Of a DNA stretch of 63,976 nt, positions 1 through 8,192 are shown piece by piece (position 1 is the stretch's first letter; every line of letters begins with the position of its first letter). The translations under genes were made by a program, and so were the position numbers. The stretch spans positions 1 to 63,976 of the forward strand of contig CAYYIJ010000003.1 in assembly GCA_964471945.1 (NCBI GenBank), written 5' to 3'. The notes under the pieces are model-generated. The model had not been told where the DNA came from. It did not search any database and saw nothing but the letters and a program-made list of their open reading frames with translations. The stretch comes from an uncultured Chlorobiaceae bacterium (GTDB taxonomy: Bacteria > Bacteroidota > Ignavibacteria > UBA10030 > SZUA-254).

Positions 1-1
1 G

Positions 2-1024
2 TCATAACTCCTTCATCAACCTCGCTGCAAATTCTTCGCGTGCAATCTTTAATAAATATTCCATCTTAGTTCGTAAAGTTTGTTCGTATGTTTCTTCATC
101 TATTGATAAATATTGTCTCAGATAATAGAATAAAGATGGCTGAGATTCTTCACCACTGCACCAATCTTCAAGAATATCCTCGAAAGCAGTAAACATCGCT
201 TCTGATTCTTTTCTGTCCAATTTACCTTTTGCAAAATAAGTTAAGAATATTTTTTCTTTAAGCGCCATCTCGACTTGAGTGCGGATGTTCTTTATCTCGA
301 ATTCTGTCAATCCCTCGCCAGAAAATATTTGGCATCTATCTGTTACATCGATATCCGGTTGAAATGCTTTCCTGAATAGTTGAACGACTTCCACAAGTGG
401 TATAGAATTACGGTAATTTCCCTGATCCATCACAACATCGTGTAATAATTCAAGAAGCTCTGGGGTAGTGCTTTGATGGTCAATCAGGCTCATAAACTCT
501 TTCTCGAGCTCTTCTCGTGGAAATTCTTCAAGATGTTCATTGATTTTCTGCTTTGGTTTTAAAACCAAGCCACGGAAATCTCTTTCAAGCACAAACAAGG
601 AAGATTGCTTCACACAATCACGTATGTTACGGTGAATTTTTGCGCCAGCCGGATCTGCTTGAGCATATAACCGTGCAAGCTGCGCATCTGCAATCCTTGT
701 CAAGAAACTTTTATATGCAAGGAAGATTTCGTGCTCAGGCAGATGTTCCAGTTTATCAGTTAGTGAGCTGGCAAAGTTTTCTAATTGGGGAAATTTGTTC
801 TTTGCATCGCGAGCAAATGCTTCGGCTATGCAGTCGTAAGCTAAATCGTTGATTGTCAATCCTTGTTGAAGGCAAAGTTTGGAAATAGAGATCCTGATAT
901 ATCCTAAATACGATTGAACGATTGACCTGCTGAGTTGAATAAGCTCGGTCAATTCATTGAGATTGACGTTTTCTTCAAATAGTTTTGATAAATGAACTTT
1001 AAGATTTTTGCAATTGACATTCAA
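2..1024 (-). CDS. hypothetical 340-aa protein (weak sigma-70 region-2-like N-terminal stretch, unknown C-terminal half)
   Basis: Complete ORF (ATG at 1024, stop 2-4), 4 nt downstream of the AbiEii-like ORF. DLAYDCIAEAF...FLTRIADAQLARLY resembles sigma region 2. No region-4 HTH seen. Confidence 0.5.
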   Translation of the reverse strand: MNVNCKNLKVHLSKLFEENVNLNELTELIQLSRSIVQSYLGYIRISISKLCLQQGLTINDLAYDCIAEAFARDAKNKFPQLENFASSLTDKLEHLPEHEIFLAYKSFLTRIADAQLARLYAQADPAGAKIHRNIRDCVKQSSLFVLERDFRGLVLKPKQKINEHLEEFPREELEKEFMSLIDHQSTTPELLELLHDVVMDQGNYRNSIPLVEVVQLFRKAFQPDIDVTDRCQIFSGEGLTEFEIKNIRTQVEMALKEKIFLTYFAKGKLDRKESEAMFTAFEDILEDWCSGEESQPSLFYYLRQYLSIDEETYEQTLRTKMEYLLKIAREEFAARLMKEL

Positions 1025-1028
1025 ATGG

Positions 1029-1574
1029 TTATCGACCTGTAACTTTGTCCATTGTCTCTTTTTGGAGTCTTGAAAAAAGTTTTTTCATGTCTATTGGATT
1101 GAAATCAACGAGCATCTCAACAGGTAAGCGTTTTAATTCGTCAGGGAGATCATTTACTTTTTGGAATGCTATTGCCAGCCAATATAGATCGAATCCCGGA
1201 TCTTTTTTGAGTGCCAACTCACTTAGCTCAGTCAAGCTCATATGTTTTAATATGAAGAAGAGATCGATCGCATCTCTTGCTTCAGCTCTTCCGAAAAAAG
1301 CGAGCAGCTTGTCAACACATAGATCAAGAAAATTATTGATCTTGACACCATATTCAGAATCATCGGGAGGTTGAAACATGAAAGGTGAATCTAATGCAAT
1401 CTGGATTTTTGTGCTTTCGTTTTTAACGGTAACCTCATAGTCGACAAAAGATTCAAATCTTCGAATTACTTCACATGTGTAATGCTTTTTCAATTCAGCC
1501 TCGAGAATTCTGGAGAAAGGTACAATTAATTCTTTTTGTGCTTTGCTTATAATTCCCTTGCTTTTAGGCAGCAA
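1029..1574 (-). CDS. AbiEii/AbiGii-family nucleotidyltransferase-like protein (C-terminal signature only)
   Basis: GRAEARDAIDLFFILKH and the following helical region match the AbiEii/DUF1814 C-terminal signature. No GG[ST]..DxD Pol-beta motif seen in the N-terminal part. Overlaps the upstream ORF by 11 nt. Confidence 0.6.
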   Translation of the reverse strand: MLPKSKGIISKAQKELIVPFSRILEAELKKHYTCEVIRRFESFVDYEVTVKNESTKIQIALDSPFMFQPPDDSEYGVKINNFLDLCVDKLLAFFGRAEARDAIDLFFILKHMSLTELSELALKKDPGFDLYWLAIAFQKVNDLPDELKRLPVEMLVDFNPIDMKKLFSRLQKETMDKVTGR

Positions 1575-1773
1575 AATAATTCTCCCAGAGATTTTTAACT
1601 ATAGGTGACAGATTCAATTGTTGAAGTAATATTTTTATTTCATCGAGGTCAAGTAATGCAATATCTTCTGTTCTGCCATACATCAAAACTTGCTGAATAT
1701 ACCATTTCCTTTGGAACTGATCGTTCAAATCAATTTCATTTTTCGACCAAACAATATACCTCTTTGGTTTCAT
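1564..1773 (-). CDS. small 69-aa partner protein of the AbiEii-like gene (putative antitoxin-like)
   Basis: Pattern WSKNEIDLND...FQRKWYIQQVLMYGRTEDI...LSPIVKNLWENYF resembles the short ORFs that precede AbiEii-type genes in FCB genomes. First gene of the tight operon. Confidence 0.5.
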   Translation of the reverse strand: MKPKRYIVWSKNEIDLNDQFQRKWYIQQVLMYGRTEDIALLDLDEIKILLQQLNLSPIVKNLWENYFAA

Positions 1774-1902
1774 CTTATTCGATTGCTGTAGAATTTAATA
1801 TGAATTATAGGAAGAATTATAGAAACAATCAAATCTTTGCATCTTCCCCAAATTTTGGCTATTATTAAGATAATTAAATCGTACAATGAATTCAATCTAT
1901 CA

Positions 1903-3261
1903 ATGAATCAATCAATTATACGTCCCCAACCCTCAGCACTCTATCGCTGGATGGTTTTACTCTTCGTCAGTTTGGCGATGTTTGGCAATTACTACATCTA
2001 CGACAGCATCAGTCCGCTTGCCGATGTACTCAAAGCTCAGCTTGGTTTCTCCGATTCGGAAATAGGTTTACTCAACGGCATTTATAGTTTCCCTAATATC
2101 ATCATGGTGTTAATTGGTGGTATCATCATCGATCGGATTGGAACACGAAAATCAACATTTATATTCACCGTCCTAATCATGTTAGGTGCGATTGTAACGA
2201 CCGTTCAGGGAAATATTTATTCGATGGCTGCCGGACGACTTATCTTTGGACTGGGCGCCGAGTCGATGATAGTTGCTATCACAACAATTATTGCTCGTTG
2301 GTTTAAAGGAAAACAGCTCGCCTTTGCTTTTGGTTTGAACTTGACTATCGCACGATTGGGCTCATTCATGGCATTGAATGCACCATCATGGGGAAGAGGT
2401 TTGTACGAATATTGGCAATCGCCGCTTTGGATAACTGTAGGTGCAGGAGTGTTTGCAGTAGTTTGTATTATCGTTTTCTATTTCATGGATGCGTTTGCCG
2501 ACAAGAGATTCGATTTACCGAAAGAAGGCGAGCAGGATAAGATCGAGCTGAAGGGGATATTCAGATTTGGAACGTCGTTCTGGTTGATCACTTTACTTTG
2601 TGTTACATTTTATTCGGCAATGTTTCCATTTCAAACGTTTGCAATCAAATTCTTTCAGGAAGCACATGGCACAACGAGAGAGGTCGGGGGAAATCTTTCC
2701 AGCATGTTAACGCTTGCAGCAATGATATTTACACCGCTTTTTGGTTTGCTTACAGATAAAATCGGAAAGCGGTCTTTATTGATGATGTTCGGTTCACTGT
2801 TGATCGTTCCGGTTTATCTCATTATGGCGTATAAAGTTGATTTGGCAACACCGTTAGGAATTTCTGGATCGTTTGTTTTAAATATCGATTTCTTCGATGT
2901 TCATTCAAATATCCCAGCATATTTAATGATGCCTATGTCGCTGATGGGAATTGCATTTTCTCTCATTCCCGCTGTCATGTGGCCCTCAGTTGCTTACATA
3001 GTCGATCAAAAGAAATTAGGAACTGCATACGGATTAATGACGATGATCCAAAATATCGGTTTGTTCGGATTTAATTTGTTAATCGGATGGGCAAATGATT
3101 TTTCCAATGCAAGCGTTGCAAATCCGGGCGGATACACTTTCGGTATGTGGATATTTACATCGCTTGGATTTTTCGGATTGTTATTCGCTTTTCTTTTAAG
3201 ACGCAGAGAGTTGGGACCACACGGACATGGTTTAGAAAATCCGACCGGTTCAAAGAAATAA
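1903..3261 (+). CDS. MFS transporter
   Basis: About 12 hydrophobic segments and typical MFS loop motifs (IIDRIGTRK, LTDKIGKR). Start moved to ATG 1903 (MNQSII...), because the upstream part of the ORF is AT-rich leader. Confidence 0.85.
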   Translation: MNQSIIRPQPSALYRWMVLLFVSLAMFGNYYIYDSISPLADVLKAQLGFSDSEIGLLNGIYSFPNIIMVLIGGIIIDRIGTRKSTFIFTVLIMLGAIVTTVQGNIYSMAAGRLIFGLGAESMIVAITTIIARWFKGKQLAFAFGLNLTIARLGSFMALNAPSWGRGLYEYWQSPLWITVGAGVFAVVCIIVFYFMDAFADKRFDLPKEGEQDKIELKGIFRFGTSFWLITLLCVTFYSAMFPFQTFAIKFFQEAHGTTREVGGNLSSMLTLAAMIFTPLFGLLTDKIGKRSLLMMFGSLLIVPVYLIMAYKVDLATPLGISGSFVLNIDFFDVHSNIPAYLMMPMSLMGIAFSLIPAVMWPSVAYIVDQKKLGTAYGLMTMIQNIGLFGFNLLIGWANDFSNASVANPGGYTFGMWIFTSLGFFGLLFAFLLRRRELGPHGHGLENPTGSKK

Positions 3262-3266
3262 TTTTT

Positions 3267-3557
3267 ATGAAACGACTTAGTACAATTAAGAAAATATTGC
3301 AAAATCAGAAACCGGATCTTGAGAAACGATTTCATATAAAAAAAATCGGTGTATTTGGTTCGTATATAAGGAATGAGCAAAAGAAACGGAGCGATGTTGA
3401 TATACTTGTGGATTTTTCTAAACCGATAGGATTAGATTTTATTGAACTGGGTTACTATTTAGAAGATATCTTGGGAATAAAAGTTGATTTGGTTACACCA
3501 CGTGCAATAAGAAAACAGATGAAGCCAACTATCTTGAGGGAAGTCGTTTTTCTATGA
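3267..3557 (+). CDS. mntA: MntA-type nucleotidyltransferase (type VII TA antitoxin), copy 1
   Basis: GVFGSYIRNEQKKRSDVDILV is the minimal NTase GS-x9-DxD motif. About 96 aa. 4-nt overlap with the HepT gene. Start set at ATG 3267. Confidence 0.85.
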   Translation: MKRLSTIKKILQNQKPDLEKRFHIKKIGVFGSYIRNEQKKRSDVDILVDFSKPIGLDFIELGYYLEDILGIKVDLVTPRAIRKQMKPTILREVVFL

Positions 3558-3931
3558 AGCGAAAAAGAACATATCGATTTTTTTTGGAAGATATTGTTGA
3601 ATCGATAATTAAAATTGAAATTTACACGAAAAGCTTGTCCTATGGTAAGTTCACAAAGAGTCCTAAAACCATCGATGCTGTTGTCCGAAATCTTGAAATA
3701 ATCGGGGAGGCGGCAAAACATATCCCGACATCCATTCGGTCAAAACATACCGAGATACCATGGAAGAAAATGATCGGACTCAGGAACATCATCACTCACG
3801 AATATTTTGGAGTAGATGAAAAAATAATTTGGGAAATTGTGAAAGGTGAAATATCCGATGTTAAACATTCTATCATCAAAATTTTACAAACGAATCAAGG
3901 ACAATTTACATTTAATACACGGAAAAAATAA
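3554..3931 (+). CDS. hepT: HepT (DUF86) RNase toxin, copy 1
   Basis: Rx4HxY motif RNIITHEYFGVD. 125 aa. Immediately downstream of the MNT gene. Confidence 0.85.
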   Translation: MKRKRTYRFFLEDIVESIIKIEIYTKSLSYGKFTKSPKTIDAVVRNLEIIGEAAKHIPTSIRSKHTEIPWKKMIGLRNIITHEYFGVDEKIIWEIVKGEISDVKHSIIKILQTNQGQFTFNTRKK

Positions 3932-3934
3932 TTT

Positions 3935-4231
3935 ATGAACAGTGAGCTTTCAGGAATAAAGAAAAAGATAAAACAACATAGACGAGAAATTGAAAAACGA
4001 TTTCACGTAAAAGAGATTGGAATATTTGGTTCGTATGTACGAAATGAACAGAAGAAAAGAAGCGATGTTGATATACTCGTTGAATTTTCAAAACCGGTTG
4101 GTCTTTTTCATTTTATGGATCTTGAAGAATATTTACAAAATTTGGTTGGTCGGAAAGTTGATCTCGTTTCAAAAAAAGGGCTAAAACCAATAATTGGTCA
4201 ATATATTCTCAAGGAAGTAATTTATCTATGA
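3935..4231 (+). CDS. mntA: MntA-type nucleotidyltransferase (type VII TA antitoxin), copy 2
   Basis: GIFGSYVRNEQKKRSDVDILV motif. Clear paralogue of 3267-3557. Confidence 0.85.
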   Translation: MNSELSGIKKKIKQHRREIEKRFHVKEIGIFGSYVRNEQKKRSDVDILVEFSKPVGLFHFMDLEEYLQNLVGRKVDLVSKKGLKPIIGQYILKEVIYL

Positions 4232-4587
4232 AAAAATGCAACTATCAACAATATCTTCACGATATTTTAGATGCAATCGATGATGTGCAAGCGTTTGTGG
4301 GTGTTTTACAGTATGATCAGTTTCTTCAAGATAAGAAGACAATTAATGCGGTGATTCGATCGATTGAAGTTATTGGTGAAGCAACAAAATACCTCCCTTC
4401 AGGATTTAGAATGAGATATTCGGATATTCCCTGGAAGAAAATGGCAGGAATGAGGGATAAACTCATCCATGAATATTTTGGAATCGATTATGAAATATTA
4501 TGGCAGGTAATCAAAAAAGAATTACCCACCCTGAAAAAACAAATTCATCCTCTTTTAAATTCAGAAATCTTTAACGACCGTAAATAA
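4228..4587 (+). CDS. hepT: HepT (DUF86) RNase toxin, copy 2
   Basis: Rx4HxY motif RDKLIHEYFGID. 4-nt overlap with the preceding MNT gene. Confidence 0.85.
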   Translation: MKKCNYQQYLHDILDAIDDVQAFVGVLQYDQFLQDKKTINAVIRSIEVIGEATKYLPSGFRMRYSDIPWKKMAGMRDKLIHEYFGIDYEILWQVIKKELPTLKKQIHPLLNSEIFNDRK

Positions 4588-4838
4588 AATAAATTATGAA
4601 CAACGAACTATACTCCACTTCTCTTATCGTCGTCCGTGATTGCTATGTACAAAGAGCTGTGAAAAAGTACTCACCATTACTGATGGGCTATTGTGAACGA
4701 CTGGCTTCTACTTATGAAAGGAAACAAAATACTCTCAACCTGATGTAATGGTCTAAAAGTTACTCCGATCTACAGCAGGTAAAAAGTGCTGTATATAATA
4801 ATTTGGATTCAATATGAGAAAAACTAAAAAGAAAAGAT

Positions 4839-5723
4839 ATGGGTAAGTTGTGGAGTAAAGAAGAGATAGCTTATCTGCGTAAAAGATATCCAACGATGGA
4901 TGCATCGAAAATTGCTGAACGTTTAGGACGCTCCATTGACAGTGTGATTTTAAAAGCGGGTAAATGTGGATTTAAATCGAATAAGTTTCGTAGGTGGGAA
5001 GAATGGGAGAATCGCTACCTACGGAGGCATTATAATGAAAAGGTTGTTTCATCTATTGCTCGAACACTCAGACGAACTGTACCATCTGTTCATGTCCATG
5101 CGAAAATGTTGAGATTGACAAGTCCCCCAAGTGCAAGATGGACACCCGAGGAAAGAAAATATATGGAGGCAGCATATCCAAATATATCAATCCCTATAAA
5201 GGAAATATGCGAACATCTGAAACGTCCCAAAATTGTCATTTACTCTTATGCTCAAGCCAAAGGTCTATATCGCGGTTCAATATATAAGAAATGGACCGAT
5301 GAAGAGCTTAAGTATATTCGAAAAAATTATCGTCGTAAGAGTTTTAAAGATATTGCAAAAGATATCGGGCTCCCGTATAGTGCTATCAAATATAGAGCCA
5401 ATAAATATGGATTGTACAGGAAACCTAGATGTCGGTTATGGACTGAGCAAGAAAATGAATACGTCCGTAATTATTATTCTGTAGATACTATTGAAGAAAT
5501 TGCGAAACATCTTTCGCGCACTCGCGGTGCAATATTAGGGCGTGCTGATCGTCTTGGATTGAGAGGTAAGCATAATTGGTATAAACCAGCTAACATAGAA
5601 ACGAGGGTACGTAAGTTTAAAGTATGGAATGAAAATCAAAAATTAAAATACGGAAGCAATTTTAATAGTAGGTTTATGAAAAAATTTAAACGAAATAAAA
5701 TCAAAACTATCAAACAATTATGA
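4839..5723 (+). CDS. protein built of five tandem ~48-aa GcrA-N/Myb(SANT)-like HTH repeats
   Basis: Repeats start at W5, W53, W101, W152 and W201. Each has the form W[ST]xEExxYLxxxY...IAxxLGRSxxSVxxKAxxLGL. Basic C-terminal tail. ATGA overlap with the next gene. Confidence 0.7.
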   Translation: MGKLWSKEEIAYLRKRYPTMDASKIAERLGRSIDSVILKAGKCGFKSNKFRRWEEWENRYLRRHYNEKVVSSIARTLRRTVPSVHVHAKMLRLTSPPSARWTPEERKYMEAAYPNISIPIKEICEHLKRPKIVIYSYAQAKGLYRGSIYKKWTDEELKYIRKNYRRKSFKDIAKDIGLPYSAIKYRANKYGLYRKPRCRLWTEQENEYVRNYYSVDTIEEIAKHLSRTRGAILGRADRLGLRGKHNWYKPANIETRVRKFKVWNENQKLKYGSNFNSRFMKKFKRNKIKTIKQL

Positions 5724-6682
5724 AAACTGAATTAGATAGTGCCTCTGAAATTGCGCTACGAGATTGCATGGGCGTCAAGCAAAACGAAAAAGTCCTCATC
5801 GTTACCGATGAGCCGCTTAGAACCATTGGTTATTCGCTTTGGCAAGCAGCTAAAGATTTAGGAACCGAAGTCATGCTGGTTGAAATGCTTCCACGCAAAA
5901 CGAACGGAGAAGAACCACCTGGTGAAATCGCTGATATGATGAAAAAGGTAGATGTGGTTTTATGTCCGACTTCGAAATCGCTAACTCATACTGATGCGCG
6001 TAGAAATGCAAGTGCTGCTGGTGTTAGGGTCGCTACACTTCCCGGTGTTACAGAAGAAATAATGATTCGGTGTATGAATGCCGATTATAATAAAATTGCA
6101 GAGCGAACTTTCAAGCTATGTAAGATGATGGAAAAATCAGAAAAGATACGTGTAACCACGGCGCTTGGAACTAATATCACAATGCCTATCAAGGGAAGAG
6201 AAGCGCACGCAAGCTCCGGACTTTTCCGTGACAAAGGTTTATGGGGAAATCTCCCGACTGGTGAATCGTATCTTGCACCATTGGAAGGTGTATCGAACGG
6301 TGTGGTCGTCGTGGATGGCTCGATGGCGAGTGTCGGTATGGTAAATACTCCGATTAGAATTGTTGTCAAAGATGGGTATGCTGCCGAAATAACTGGTGGT
6401 GATGAAGCAAAACGATTGAGGGAGTTATTAGAGCCGCATGGAAAAGATGCTTACACTGTTGCCGAGTTTGGTATCGGGACGAATGATAAAGCGATTCTCA
6501 CAGGAAAAATTTTAGAAGATGAGAAGGTTATGGGGACGATTCACATCGCATTCGGTGACAATAAGTCTATGGGTGGCAGTGTGCGTGTGGCAAGCCACCT
6601 CGATGGACTGGTTAAGCAGCCGACAGTTTGGTTCGATGATAAGTTGATCATGCAGGATGGAAAGTTTGTCGTTGAAGTTTAA
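5720..6682 (+). CDS. aminopeptidase, M29/AmpS-like (COG2309-type)
   Basis: 320 aa. VLIVTDE...TGESYLAP...GTIHIAFGDN pattern is typical of the short AmpS/PepS-like aminopeptidase family. Confidence 0.7.
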   Translation: MKTELDSASEIALRDCMGVKQNEKVLIVTDEPLRTIGYSLWQAAKDLGTEVMLVEMLPRKTNGEEPPGEIADMMKKVDVVLCPTSKSLTHTDARRNASAAGVRVATLPGVTEEIMIRCMNADYNKIAERTFKLCKMMEKSEKIRVTTALGTNITMPIKGREAHASSGLFRDKGLWGNLPTGESYLAPLEGVSNGVVVVDGSMASVGMVNTPIRIVVKDGYAAEITGGDEAKRLRELLEPHGKDAYTVAEFGIGTNDKAILTGKILEDEKVMGTIHIAFGDNKSMGGSVRVASHLDGLVKQPTVWFDDKLIMQDGKFVVEV

Positions 6683-6760
6683 ACACTGGTAAACTATTTC
6701 TTTTCAATTTTGTCTAAATAAAAGGAATTTATTAATTTATTTAACGTAAAGAGTTTTCAA

Positions 6761-8170
6761 ATGAAATTTAAAAAGCTGTATTTTTATATAATTATCACTG
6801 TGGTTGTTATCTGTACGGCAGGATATTTCTTACTTTTTAATTCCGATTCCAGCGATATTAAATACCGGACTGAAAAAGTCACTCGCGGCGATGTTACGAT
6901 TCAGGTGCGAGCAACCGGCACAATAAACCCTGTTCAAACAGTACAGGTCGGAAGCCAGGTATCGGGAATAATCGATAAACTTTATGCCGACTTTAACTCG
7001 GAGGTGAAGAAAGGACAAATAATCGCGCGGATTGATTCAACGTTTCTATATGCATCTGTAAAAGAAGCAGAGGCAAATCTTGAACGAAATCAGGCACAAG
7101 TCAACGAAGCACGGCGCAGTTTCAATAGAACGACTGAGCTGTTTAAGAAAAATTTAGTATCGCAAGCGGATCTTGATGCTGCACAAACTCAATTCGAGGC
7201 AGCCACCGCTCAACATAAACAATCACAAGCATCGTTAGATAGAGCAATGGTGAATTTGCGCTACTCTATAATTCGTGCACCGATAGACGGAGTAGTGATA
7301 TCGAGAGAAATTGATGTAGGCCAAACCGTCGCAGCAAGTTTTCAGGCGCCTAAGCTTTTTACTATTGCAAACGATTTAAAACAAATGCAGGTAGAAGCCA
7401 GCGTGGATGAAGCGGATATTGGGCAAATCAAAGAAAGTCAAGTTGTAACCTTCACGGTCGATGCTTATCCCGGCGAAGAATTCGAAGGTGAAGTTACACA
7501 GGTTCGTCTTTCACCAGTAACGGTGCAGAACGTGGTTACTTACACTGTCATTATTCATGTCCCGAATGCTGATTTAAAGCTCCGGCCCGGTATGACGGCT
7601 ACGGTTTCAATACTAATCGATAAGCGCGAGAATGTACTCCGCGTCCCTACACTTGCGACCCGTTTCCAACCACCTCAAGAAGTTTTGGAGAGAATGAAAG
7701 ATAAAAAGAAGCCGGAAACGGAAGACAAGATTATTGCCGAAGTCAAAACTGAACAGAAATCGCCTGAAAATCATGTAGGCGAAAAGCGCATGAGAGAATT
7801 CTCTCAAAGTAATCCGGAGGGCGGACAAAATGTTGAACGCCGAAGGTCAAGCGAAATAAAACGAAAAGAGTTTCGCTCTGGCGGTGATTTTCCTCATCAA
7901 AGTGGTCAAATGACAAAGGGAAATTTCAAACGAAAGTCGGCAAAAATTTGGATATTAGAAAAAGGAGAGACCCTAAAAACAATCGAAGTTCGGACGGGCA
8001 TCAATGATAACCGATTTGTTGAGATCATAACCGAAGACTTAAAAGAAGAAGATGAAGTTATCATTGGAACGACGAATGGCACACACACGATGGCTTCACA
8101 ACAAACTAACCCATTTGCACCGAGGATGTTTGGCGGACCTGGTTCAGGTATGGGCAGGCGGGGCCCCTAA
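6761..8170 (+). CDS. efflux transporter periplasmic adaptor subunit (MacA/HlyD family)
   Basis: N-terminal TM, coiled-coil hairpin (EAEANLERNQAQVNEA...LDAAQTQFEAATAQ), lipoyl and beta-barrel motifs (IRAPIDGVV). Charged low-complexity insert near the C-terminus. Confidence 0.85.
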   Translation: MKFKKLYFYIIITVVVICTAGYFLLFNSDSSDIKYRTEKVTRGDVTIQVRATGTINPVQTVQVGSQVSGIIDKLYADFNSEVKKGQIIARIDSTFLYASVKEAEANLERNQAQVNEARRSFNRTTELFKKNLVSQADLDAAQTQFEAATAQHKQSQASLDRAMVNLRYSIIRAPIDGVVISREIDVGQTVAASFQAPKLFTIANDLKQMQVEASVDEADIGQIKESQVVTFTVDAYPGEEFEGEVTQVRLSPVTVQNVVTYTVIIHVPNADLKLRPGMTATVSILIDKRENVLRVPTLATRFQPPQEVLERMKDKKKPETEDKIIAEVKTEQKSPENHVGEKRMREFSQSNPEGGQNVERRRSSEIKRKEFRSGGDFPHQSGQMTKGNFKRKSAKIWILEKGETLKTIEVRTGINDNRFVEIITEDLKEEDEVIIGTTNGTHTMASQQTNPFAPRMFGGPGSGMGRRGP

Positions 8171-8192
8171 GATATTGTGGATATAAATTATT

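Noticed and set aside
4596-4748. 50-aa ORF (MNNELYSTSLIVVRDCYVQRAV...) in the 251-nt spacer between the second HepT gene and the repeat-array gene.
   Set aside because: No recognisable motif, no obvious ribosome-binding context, and short enough to arise by chance. Kept only as a note.
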